IMG/VR virus record: IMGVR_UViG_3300030493_000012
From: a virus
Direction: 5' to 3' (one strand)
DNA length: 64,000 nt
Shown here: piece after piece, positions 7,430 through 18,419 of the stretch
Layout: each line of letters starts with the position of its first letter
Numbering within the stretch: the first letter of the stretch is position 1
The notes under the pieces: model-generated
What the model saw: only the letters and a program-made list of their open reading frames with translations
What the model was told of the DNA's origin: nothing
Databases searched by the model: none
Translations under genes and position numbers: made by a program

Positions 7430-10400
7430 GATTTAATTATTCGCTTTATTGCGTTTAATGTCAAGATTTAGTTACGAAAAGCCGCTCGTTAGTCAGTTAA
7501 AGCCATAAAAACATAATACGGCCACGCCAAAACTCGCTTCAAAAAGTATTTTCGGAAAGTCCAAAACTGATTAAATTTAATTAGCCCGAAAACAAAAGGC
7601 AATATTCCGAAAAGCCCACCAATGCCAAAATAAATAATTGGAATAAGAATTAAATCATCCATAAATCAGTAGTTTGTTTTAACTCATCCGATAGATAGTC
7701 CAACCAAAACCATTTTTATTCCATCGTTTTTTGTGCCAATCAATATGCACAATTTCGAGCAAAACTTCTAGTCCCAAGATATTTAGACCGAAAATAATAT
7801 TGTAATAATCCCAATGGCAAGTAGCACTAAACCACTCTGAATTATTGTAATGTCCGGTCAAGGCCCAAGGCCACTTTGGATTGTGAAAGATTGTCATGTT
7901 TTTAGTCTATGTTAAACAAACAACGATGTCAATCATAATTTTATTCAACCAGCCTCAAATATTCCACGTTGGCCAAAATACAAGAGACATAAATAGTCTC
8001 ATTTTGATTCCAAAACCCCTCGTCTAGTCTCACAACAACTGGCTTAATCGCAGTATCGCTCAACTCAATTGGCGAGCTAATAATAGTTCCAACTGTGTTT
8101 TGTGCAATATTAATTCTTACCTTGTCGCCAATTTTCAAATTTACCTTCATGCTTTAATAATTAACTTTTCGTCACTAAATGTCAAACGTTTATTCTGGCT
8201 TAATCAACCATTCTTTAATCTGCTCATGGCTAACACCATAAAGACCGTCATGCTGTGTCAACATATACTTGATAGTGCCAATCAGCATATCAGGCTCGCA
8301 AAAATCATCTGGATATTCCAAGTCGCCCAAAATATCAGAATAAAACTCAAAGGTTTCTTTTTTAGACCAGTTCTTTTCAATAGCCTTGGCTGCAACTGTT
8401 TTAGAAATGTCAAAATGTTGGCTCATAAGTTTTGTTTATTCTATAACCTCGCCTTCGTGAATAAAAGACTTAAGGTGTTTGTCTATATCTACTTTGTCTG
8501 AATAATTCTTTTTAAGATAAGCTAATTCACCGTCCAAAAGATAATTAGTTGCCAATTCTTTGGTTTTAAAAATTTTGTCAACCACCGCGCAGTTGTAACC
8601 GTCAGTTGTATAAGTAAAGTAAACTTTCATAGTTTATCACTCAAGCCTGTTTTTAATAGCATCCTCAATCTTATTCCATTCTTTTGAACAAAAATCGCCA
8701 AAAAACTCAGGATGGTTACGATGAATTTCTAAAAATACCTCTCTCAATTCTGGACAAGTACCATAGATATGGCCGGTAATTATTGCCGTATTCAAAACGG
8801 CCAAAAATTCCTTAGCCAGTTGGCCTGAAAAACGAACGTCAAATTCTACTTCCATTGTTTTTTTAATGTTTTTAACCATAATTTTAGAATAGTCTTAAAG
8901 ACCGCCAAAGTCAAGTTTTCCTTTATTGTCCATTATGATTTTTAGCTCTGTGACATGACAACCCTGTTTGTGGCCACAGATATAAGATTTAGCCTCTCTT
9001 TCCGACAAGGCACAATAATATTCAATGCCATCAATCAAAACCATGAAGAAATTATTATCTTGTTTTATTTCGTATTTCATTTTAATCAAAGAAACCGCCT
9101 TTTTGCTTGTGCCTGCAAACATAGCACAGCAAACTAATTAGCGCGAATAATCCAATGACCAAAAGAAAATTCATCTTATTTATTCTTAGAATCAAAACTC
9201 AACACAACACACTTCAAATTCGTCATATCAAGCCACCAACCCGGCTCAACCATATTTTCATTACCAACCGTAATTTTGTCAATTTCGGCAATTCTGGTAA
9301 TAATTTCGGCCTTTAGTTCTTCAAATTTCTGGTGTGGAATTTCGTTCATAAATTAAGATTCACTAAAATTTCTGGACTCTACCAAATAAATATTGCGAAA
9401 AGAACCTTTGTTTTTTGCGCTCTTTCTCATTAGTTCATAATGAAACGAAAAAGCCTCTCCAAAATCCAAAAATCCTCGGCAATTTCTTTCTCGCCAATAA
9501 TCGCCATCTTCACTTCCGATAGTCGGCCATTCATATTCATCGTAAATAACAAAGTATTTATACATAATTAAAGATTAGGCTTAAGTTACGAAAATGTCAA
9601 CTAAATTAAATTTAAATACGAATCCAAAGTTTTCTGAATTTCAAAAACATTACCAGTTCCAAAACTATCAGCCGGAAAAATCTGTTTTTCGTTCATAATA
9701 ATCAAAATACCTTTCAATTTGCGGCCACATAAATAACTTGCAATATTGCTAGTTTTTGCAAAGTGTTTAAGCGTCATGTCGTTTTTGTTAATAACAAAGA
9801 AAGGAAAGGTTTTGCTGTTCATAATTTTTAAGATTCGCTAAATTTCCGAAAATGTCAATGCTTTATTGAGCCATCCTTATGCTTGAAAAACTTAACTGGA
9901 AACCTGCAAGTTGACATCATCTGCCGCCTATTCCATTCTTTCCTTGAAATTGGTTTATTAAAGCTTTGGCCATCAACACGCCAGCCATCGCGGTCATAAA
10001 TAATAATTCCAGTAATTTTCTCCCAAGTTGAAGGTTTGTGCTTTTTGGTCATAATTGATTGTTGGTTTTTCCGAAAAGAATGTCAATAACTATTCCTGAT
10101 TAAACTATCAAAATCCAAGTCTAAACACAAAATCGCGCAAGTATGATTTAGTCCGAAAACATCCAAATGCTTGGCTTTGTCCTGCCACTCTCTAATGTCT
10201 TTTGTTAAAATTGTTGATGGGCAAAATAGAGCCAGATATTCTGCGCTATCTTCTGATAGATTGATTTCTTTTGAGCCGCGAGAGATAATATAGAAATTCT
10301 TCATAATTAGAGTATTGGTTTTAACAACAGACAAGTCAACCATTTTTCAATTCTCTAAAAACAGCCCAAAAATTACTAAAATCCTTTTTATCTGATTTTC

Positions 10401-12854
10401 GCGCTAAAGCCTTATATTCACTTATCTTATCCCCATGAATATTAAATGCCTCATTCCGAATTTCAAGATTATCTTGCTCGCCAGCCAATTCAATTGCTTG
10501 GCGATAAATGGGCTCTTGCTCGGCTGGAAAATTTGTTAGAATTTCTTGTGGCAAGTGAATACCGCGCTCAATATCAAATGTTAGGTTTTCTAAACTCTTT
10601 TGTTTATTTATTGGCCAATTAAATCTCATAATTTAAGTATTGATTTTCGTAACCATCAAATCAAGCAATTTCTCCAGTTTCAGCAAATTTAGTCAAGAAC
10701 GGCAGCAATTTCTTAACTTGGCTCTGTGTCAAATGCATTCTATCATAGACCAAAACCTCTTTAACCCCAAGTTTTTGGCTCAATTCTTTGAAAGTTACTT
10801 CTTGCCAAGGCATACCAATCATTATATGATTTTCTTCAACGCCAAGCCACAAAAGCCGCTCATCTTCAATAGCAGAAGAAATTTGCATATTGCATTTACG
10901 GCCATTTGCATCTTTAAATTCACGATAATCAAAGCCTCTGGCTGTTTGTTTTAGTTTCATATTTATATTCTGTATTTTTACCACCAAAGAGTCAAACCTT
11001 TTTCTTCAAATGCCAACAATTACAAACGCTACACAAATAAGCTGTCAACCTGTGAAATTCACTAGGCGGAACAACCTTTTTGATATGCTCGACATAACTA
11101 TAAGCATCTTTCTTTGATAAAAACCTTTGTTTGGACAAACAAACTTGCCTGCTGCTTGGCGGCACTAAAGATTTTTGTTTAAGCCTTTGATAGTGAGATA
11201 TTTGCATCTTTAATTACAAGCTACCAATTAGCCGTCACATTCACTGGCACGGTTTTGTAAAGTTCCAAGACTGCATTTTCCCCGTCTGCATCAATAATAT
11301 TAATATTATTACCTAAAACCAAGGCGTCAGACAAACCTTGTTCGGTAATTTCGATGAGTTTTCTTAATCCAGAATTACTTTCATAAACAATCTCTAAAAC
11401 AATATTGTTTGGGTTGCCGTTAATTTCATTGTCTCCAATTTGACAATTAAAGTCCCCATCCACGACAACGGTATTAAGGCTAATTTGTTTGGCTAGACTA
11501 AGGATTTTGTTTTCGTTCATAATTGTTTTCGCTAAATTGTTACCACCAACAAGAGATTAAACTTTCGGAACATTAAAGTCAACCATTAAAAATTATTTCT
11601 ACACCATTCCAAAAGCCATTCATCGGACTGTTGGCAGGCAAAATCATATTCGGCGCACCAACAAAAATCTTTATCTGAATAATCGGGCAAACTATCAGAG
11701 GCATAAGCACGACAAACCTCTTCTCTGGTCATGTTATCGAAAAAGAAATCCATATTTTTAGCTTAAACTTTTTATTCCAAAATGTCAAGTTCTATTTTAG
11801 AAGCATACAAATTTACTTCACAAACCACCGGAACGCCTCTTTGCCAGCTTCCCATGTCTGAACTGTAGCTATAATCATCATAGCTCTTATGCAGAGGATA
11901 TTTTTCGCTCTCAGCATCAATTACTAATTCTCTTTTTTCTGGCTGATAAGGCTCCGGGTTTTTTAATTTCAGGCTGAAAATTATAATGCGCCTTAAAGAA
12001 TTGCACAAAAATCGGATACTTCCAAGTAACCACAACCTCTTGATTGTCAGTAACTTTTGTTTCTAAGACTGGCTCGCCGCTGAAAATTTCAAAATACCCA
12101 CTTGGTTTTTCGCCCCAACCGCCGTTTTTAAACGCATAATAAGAAGTAATATTGCAATCTTCAAATCCTTTTGGTACATAACAAAGACGGCGAGGATTGG
12201 GAAGTGTCGCAGAAGTTTTAATTCCAGACAAAAACTTAATAGCCGCTTCTGGCGTCTTAAATAGCTTTTCTTCGTAATCGTCAATTACGGAATAAGAATT
12301 GTTGGTTTTCCAAACGGTAAGTTTCATGTTTTTATGCTAAACTAAATACTAAGACCTGTCAACCAAATTGTGCCATTTGTAGTTTTTAAAAACAAATCCT
12401 TGACCATTACAACTGCTACAAATTCTTTGTGTATAAGAGTTTATATAAGAACCAGCCCCGGCACATTCTGGACAACGCCGCTTGTTTTTCCAGAACGGTG
12501 AATACCAGAAATACCAAGTTTGGAGCCTATTCTTAAACTCATAATAAAAATGAAAAGCCCAGTCAGGCCAAGTGCTTGGCAGGAATCTCCAATAATGATT
12601 TTTGAGCCATTTAATCATTCTCTACCTTAGAAAGATTTGAAAGCGCACAACAAACAGTCGAAACATAAATTCTCTTATCTCTAATCCAGCCGCCAGTATT
12701 ATCGCCATAACCAAGAAAAACCAACGCAAAAGGATTTGGGCCTTTAATTATATGCGTAATTTCTCCTTTAATATCGTCATATCCGAAAATATGGACTTTA
12801 TCGCCAATTTTGAATTTTTTCATAATTAAAGATTAAACTTTCCAAACATCCAAA

Positions 12855-13706
12855 TCAACAAAAAACCGTCTTTTCTGTCAACTGATTAACATCTGTAATT
12901 TTAACCTTGGCATCCTTGGGCGGCTCAACAATCAAAGTATTGTATTTACCACCATACAAAGTCATGAATTGCAAACTTTTGTTTGTATTGTTTTCGTCAA
13001 TTAAAGTTAAAGTATTAGCTTCTGTGTTCCAAAGCCATTTTCGGTCATCAATAATAACTTCCGAATTGTCCTTAATTGTTGATAGATAAGCAGTTCGGCC
13101 TATATAATCTTGGTTAGTAATTGGCTTCAAATCTGGATTAGCCGCCAAAACCTTCTTATACATTTCATAGTCAAAACCAACCAAGTCTTGAAGAAAAAGC
13201 GGGACTACTTCTTTTTGATAGCTGGTAATTTCACCACCCATTAAGGCATAAGGTCGCGCTTTGATTATTTTTGTAATGTTTTCGACTGTCCAAGCGGAAA
13301 CCGGCAAGAAGGGAACGCCAGAGATAAAAAACGCACTATTTGAAACGAACGGCAAGCCTATTTGTTCCATGTCAACATGAGCATAGTCTAGCAGGATATA
13401 GTCGCCAATTTTGGCCATTTTAATAGTCGGAGCCTTTAGTTTATCCAGAATATCCTTATATTGCTCTTTGTTCTTATTAATCCAGCCAGAAAACTTGTTC
13501 GATAGGCGAGACGGGCCATGCTCAACACTGTATTTTCCATAAGTACATGACGCGCAAAGGCAGTTCAGCCGCCGACATTGGCCAGCCTTGAACAAATCGC
13601 ACTCTTTGGTTTTATCGCACCAAACTGTTTGAAGCTGCGCCGGTTCTCTTTTAGGCTGCTTGAAAAGAGCGTTGGCCGGGTTGTAAATGTGTGCGTTAAT
13701 GAGCAT
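12855..13706 (-). CDS. Hypothetical protein with Cys-rich N-terminus
   Basis: 283-aa ORF, C-x5-C-x7-C...C-x-C-x2-C; own leaderless promoter 13713-13741. Confidence 0.7.
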   Translation of the reverse strand: MLINAHIYNPANALFKQPKREPAQLQTVWCDKTKECDLFKAGQCRRLNCLCASCTYGKYSVEHGPSRLSNKFSGWINKNKEQYKDILDKLKAPTIKMAKIGDYILLDYAHVDMEQIGLPFVSNSAFFISGVPFLPVSAWTVENITKIIKARPYALMGGEITSYQKEVVPLFLQDLVGFDYEMYKKVLAANPDLKPITNQDYIGRTAYLSTIKDNSEVIIDDRKWLWNTEANTLTLIDENNTNKSLQFMTLYGGKYNTLIVEPPKDAKVKITDVNQLTEKTVFC

Positions 13707-15369
13707 AGTTAAAGATTAATCTTTATTTTCCACAATATCAATCTCCAAAACATTGGCATTGTCAATAAACTTGGTTTCGCCGTTTTCTGGAATGATGGCG
13801 TAATAATCTTTGGTCACAGAAAAGGACTTGGCCTTAAGATGTTGGATGTTGCCACTGGTATAGAGGATTTTAATTATCATATTTTAAGTTTAAGTTTTCG
13901 GAGCTAATTAGTCAAGTTAAATTGTCGCTGAAAATGATACCAAGATTGAATAATTTCGTGCATTTCTTCAAGGCTCAAAGTTTTGACACTCAAAGTAAGT
14001 TTAGTCTCGCCGGTTAAATCAGCCATTGTACCTAAATGAATTTTGTCTCTGGCTATGGACAAAACATTCTTTTGAGGATGAAAATTGAATTTTAACATAA
14101 TATATTCTAAATTTCTGGACTTACCGCCTGATTTTCGCCGCCAAACTTCTTTTTCAAACTCTCGAACACCGCTTTTTCTGCTTTAAGTTTTTTAGCCTTT
14201 TCCTCTTTAGCCTTGGCATCGTATTTGGCCAAAATATCATTAATATAATTGGCAATTTCTACATCTAGTTCAAGGCCAGTAAGTTGGAAGAAATTTACAG
14301 GAAAATGAATTTCATGATATTCAGTCTCGCCGTCACGATATTCATAATTAAAAGCAAATGATATTTTATCACTGGACGGCTCAATACTAATCCTATCAGA
14401 ATATTGAATCTTGTGATAGCTCCACTCTGCACTCTCTAGCTGCTGGCCATACAACATTTTGCAATAAGGATTTTTGTCAAACTTGGTTTCTAAGATAGTC
14501 CAAATTTTAGCGGAGATAGACTTTGCTTGTCGGATAAATTCATCAGCTTGGTGGTCATAATTCACCTGAGCAGTACAAAGTTCTTCTTTAAGTTGTTTAA
14601 GATTGTTAATGTTCATAGTTTAAGGATGGGTTTTACAAACAATAATGTCAACACTTTTCAAACTTCCAAGCGGCCAAATCACCTTTATCAGTAAAAATAA
14701 CCTGTAAATTAAAATTCCGAAATTCGCAGTAAAGAGTTTCAGCCATTTTTTCAATCAAATAGTGCGGAACACCTTGAGATTGAAGCATTTCTCTGATTTC
14801 AGAGGCGTCTTGGTTGTCAGAGATTTGGTAGGTGATTGTCATATTTTATCCAGCCAAAACAATTTTCTTGTTAATCCAAATACCTTTTCGTCTAATTTGT
14901 TTTTCGTATTCTGCAATTATTTGATTAGCCTTGGTTTTGTTTACTTTTTGCGATTCAAAACTCCAAAATTCTGGTTTATTAGTGCGACATTCCACGCTAC
15001 CAATTAAATTGCCATCTAAAAATACATGATTAGTGGCGAATCCTAAAGTTGCAAATACAATGTTCATAATTCAAAGAATAAACTTTCAGAACAAATACGT
15101 CAATCAGAATATTTCGGTATCAAGAAAATCTTTGATTCTTTGATTCATGTTGCGCTTCGCATTTTCATAACCTGCATTATGTCCATTGGCCCAACATTGA
15201 CCAAATTTAAGAAACAAACCAGAGTCTTTTATTTTCTTTTGGTCTTCTGACGACAGGCTTTCAAAAAACGTGCTGAACATTTTAATTTCCATATTTCAAG
15301 AATAGAGTTTTGTGGTTAGGTTGTCAAGAAAGAATCGAACGTGCAACGATTTTAAGTGTAATATTAGAT

Positions 15370-16287
15370 ATGAAACAGGTTCAAATAGACGAAAATAAAT
15401 TAATTGAATATCATTCGCAAGGTCTTGATTGCGATAAAATTGCCTCTATCTTTAACTGCGCCCGTTGGACAATATCTAAAAGGTTGAAACTATTAGGTTT
15501 AACTATTAATAAAGCCAAAAGAAATCCGCTTACCAAAGAAACAAAACTGGTAATGTCGGAAAAGAGAAAAGAATGGATTCGCAATAACCCAGATAAACAT
15601 CCGTGGCGAAATCATAATAAATTTAAATCAGTTCCTTGCGAGAAGGTTAAAGAGTGGCTGGTAAATAATAAAATTCAATTTATTTCCGAAATGGAGATTG
15701 AGTGCGCTGATAACCACACTTATTCTATAGACATAGCATTTCCAGAAAGAAAAATTGGATTAGAAATTAATGGAAACCAACATTATAACCGCGACGGAAC
15801 GCTAAAACCTTATTATCAACAAAGAGAAAATTTGATTAAAGAGCTAGGCTGGCAACTGGTTCAAATACATTATTCATTGTGTTTTAATTTAGCTAAAATA
15901 CAAAATATTGTTGAAAATGTTTTAGCCGGTAAAAATGAGGAATTTTTTAATTATAAAGAGTATTTTGAGGAAAAAGCCAAGAGAGAGCAAGAAAAGAAAA
16001 CACCTAAAAAATGTTGCGATTGCGGCTCTGAAATTCATAAATATGCAATAAGATGTCGGAGTTGTGCGTCTTCGGCTATAAACAAAACAAGAACAAAAAG
16101 ATGTGACAAAGAACAATTATTGGAATTAGTAAATAAATTTCCAATGACAGCAATAGCTAAAAAATTCGGAGTTTCCGGTGGTTCTATTAAAAAATGGTGT
16201 AACTTTTACAATATAACAATTCCAGATAGAAGAGGATATTGGGCCAAGTTACAATATGGCAAAACAGAGCCTCAAATAATTATTTAA
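15370..16287 (+). CDS. Free-standing DUF559/Vsr-like PD-(D/E)XK endonuclease with HTH and zinc ribbon (start revised to 15370)
   Basis: SIDIAFPERKIGLEINGNQHY...LGWQLVQI; CCDCG...CRSC; N- and C-terminal HTH-like segments; GTGTAATAT-N5-ATG. Confidence 0.75.
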   Translation: MKQVQIDENKLIEYHSQGLDCDKIASIFNCARWTISKRLKLLGLTINKAKRNPLTKETKLVMSEKRKEWIRNNPDKHPWRNHNKFKSVPCEKVKEWLVNNKIQFISEMEIECADNHTYSIDIAFPERKIGLEINGNQHYNRDGTLKPYYQQRENLIKELGWQLVQIHYSLCFNLAKIQNIVENVLAGKNEEFFNYKEYFEEKAKREQEKKTPKKCCDCGSEIHKYAIRCRSCASSAINKTRTKRCDKEQLLELVNKFPMTAIAKKFGVSGGSIKKWCNFYNITIPDRRGYWAKLQYGKTEPQIII

Positions 16288-16289
16288 AT

Positions 16290-16367
16290 TGGTGGTGTTG
16301 GCGGAAATCGAATCCGCATTATCCAATTATGCACATTCTGTTTAGAAGACAGAGCCATTACAACACC
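16290..16367 (-). tRNA. Aberrant tRNA-Arg(UCU): no D-stem at the normal position, D-arm-like element 3' of the anticodon arm
   Basis: Acceptor GGTGTTG/CAACACC + A-CCA; anticodon arm TCTGT-CTTCTAA-ACAGA; T-arm GCGGA-TTCGATT-TCCGC. Confidence 0.75.
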
Positions 16368-16428
16368 ATTAAAATCAACGACTTACAAAAGTTTTCGGAA
16401 TCATTTTCAGAACTACTCATTAGCTCAA

Positions 16429-18388
16429 CTAACTCTTCTGGCTATTGAAATAATCCAAAGTCTCAAACAATTTATACAGCGGCCTACTAACTTCTTGCCT
16501 AGTAAATTTCTTAGTTAGTTTTGCGGCGTAATCATATTGCAAATTACCAATTACCTTGGTCAAAATTTCAATTTCCTTCTCTGTAAGACTGATGTTTATG
16601 ATAGCGTCCATAGTTTTGATTATTGTCTTTTATAACTACAAAGTCAACTAATTTCCATCATGTCGCCCCGACTCAATAACTTGATTGCAAAATTTGTCAA
16701 TCGCCCACTCTATGTCTTTTCGTTCTAAAGTATCCAAAAACTTCAATTGTTCAGGCGTCCAGCCATATTTGTCGGTTTTCATTGCCATTTTGAAGGCTTC
16801 TTTGTAATTAATCTCTTCTAAGATAGCGGCCAAAATCAAAGATTCTCTTTCTGTTAATTCTATATTCATAAATTATCCCCAAGCCAGCCATGCTCGCAAA
16901 TCAAAAATTGAGCCGCTTTAACATGCTTAACTCCTGCTTTTTCTAGCTTTTCAATTTCTGAATCTTCAAGTTCGCTGGTTGGCGCACAAAAGATGTTCTC
17001 TGTGTCGTTCCAATACCTTTCGCCAAAAATTTCAAAAATCAAATCACTGGATTCTTTACCTTTCAAAACTAAACAGTTTGTTTCAAATGCTTCAATCATA
17101 GTTTTAGATTATACTTTCCGGCTCAAAATGTCAATCAATTTTATTAACCATTCTCTTAATATTCTGAATCTTACCTCTAAGCACAAGACATTCTTTATTT
17201 TTATATTCAAAAACGTCCTTAATAACCTTTAGGTAGTCACTCAATTGGCCATCGTATAAGTCCATACAGTTGGTTAAAGCCCACAAATCAAGTACGGATT
17301 GTCTATATTGTGGAGGCAGCATTTTGACCGCATCTTTGATTGTTTTAGCCATAAACTTTCTTAATTAACCGCAAACTCTTGCAAAACATCGTGCCTTTGT
17401 ACTCAGTTTCGTCGGCTCTCAAGCCGTTACAAGTTTCAAAATGCGGACTATTGGCTTTGACCTTCCAAATTTCAAAGGTTTCATTACCGCCTACAGAGTT
17501 TTTAACAAGGTCTAAAGCATTTTCAAAGGTGTCGAAAACAAACAAAAACTTATTTCTTAAATTTTTAGCATCAATTAGTTCATTTTCAAAATAGCGCAAA
17601 GAAGTTTCGGTATGAGCCGGGACTAAATGATATTCCGAATCCAGTATCCAAGAATGGTTATAACTAACCAATTCATTGGTAATGGTAATTCGGCTTAATA
17701 CTTTATATGCTATTTTGGATTTACTCATAATTGCTTTTACTGATTAAAGATTAAACTTTCGGCACAAGTTTGTCAACATCAAATCCTCGCATTTCCAAAT
17801 AACCTTTAACGCCAAGCATTTTTTGGTAAATTGGAAACCAAGCTATGTGGTATTCGCTGCCCATCATCCTTAATTTATCCTGCAAATCAAAGAAAAACCT
17901 ATATAAATCTTTGCACTCTTGGTCTGTAAGGCTGTTGCCAATTTCGAATTTGTGGATTAGTCCTTTCATCATGTTTTTAGCCTTCGTTTCTCAATTCCCA
18001 ATTCAAATCTTCCGGCTCGCCAAATTCACCCAAAATCAAATCGGCCTTGGTTTGAGCCTCCGACTCGGTTTTGGCATAAAGAGTATAAATGCCCAAAACT
18101 TCATCTTCCAAATCTGTAATCTTAAGGATAAACTTCATAGTTTTGAGAATAAACTTTTTATTAACTAAAGTCAACCTCTAATTTCTCGTAAATTTCAAAT
18201 CCACTCCAGTTAATTTTATTAAAAGCAACAAACTCATCTGATTCAACACCTTCGCCGCCACAGTCAGAAATTGCCACTTTAATTCCGTTCTTACTAACAT
18301 CAAAAACAGTTTCCCCAAAATACCAAACAAGATATTTATCAGAGGCTACAAATTCAGATAATTTATTTAGTTTTTCAAAATTTCGCAT
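16429..18388 (-). other. Block of small hypothetical ORFs
   Basis: ORF track; promoters at 17106-17134, upstream of 18138 (N7 variant) and 18395-18423. Confidence 0.65.
17345..17728 (-). CDS. Paralog family X, member 2
   Basis: AYKVL...FLFVFDTFENA...EIWKV...GTMFCKSLRLIKKV. Confidence 0.65.
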   Translation of the reverse strand: MSKSKIAYKVLSRITITNELVSYNHSWILDSEYHLVPAHTETSLRYFENELIDAKNLRNKFLFVFDTFENALDLVKNSVGGNETFEIWKVKANSPHFETCNGLRADETEYKGTMFCKSLRLIKKVYG

Positions 18389-18419
18389 ATTTAAATATTA
18401 GCCTTTTGTGTCAACAAAT

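Larger units (their letters stand above)
7042..15292 (-). other. Dense block of about 30 small hypothetical minus-strand ORFs, many with their own promoters
   Basis: ORF track plus promoters at fixed offset (e.g. 7904-7932, 9572-9600, 10636-10664, 12830-12858, 13713-13741, 14623-14651, 15299-15327); includes CxxC zinc-finger-like 10992..11207 and 12349..12618. Confidence 0.7.

Noticed and set aside
8100-8501. Plus-strand ORFs from the track (also 8955, 10640, 18408, 26515, 29388, 34326, 35886 and others)
   Set aside because: Antisense shadows of well-supported minus-strand genes, with atypical composition and no promoter motif
15322-15348. GAATCGAAC T-loop-like string as another tRNA
   Set aside because: No T-stem or acceptor pairing; the region is divergent promoter DNA
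16342-16348. Amber-suppressor (CUA) reading of the 16290-16367 tRNA
   Set aside because: Only the TCTGT/ACAGA stem with a 7-nt CTTCTAA loop pairs, which centres TCT, not CTA
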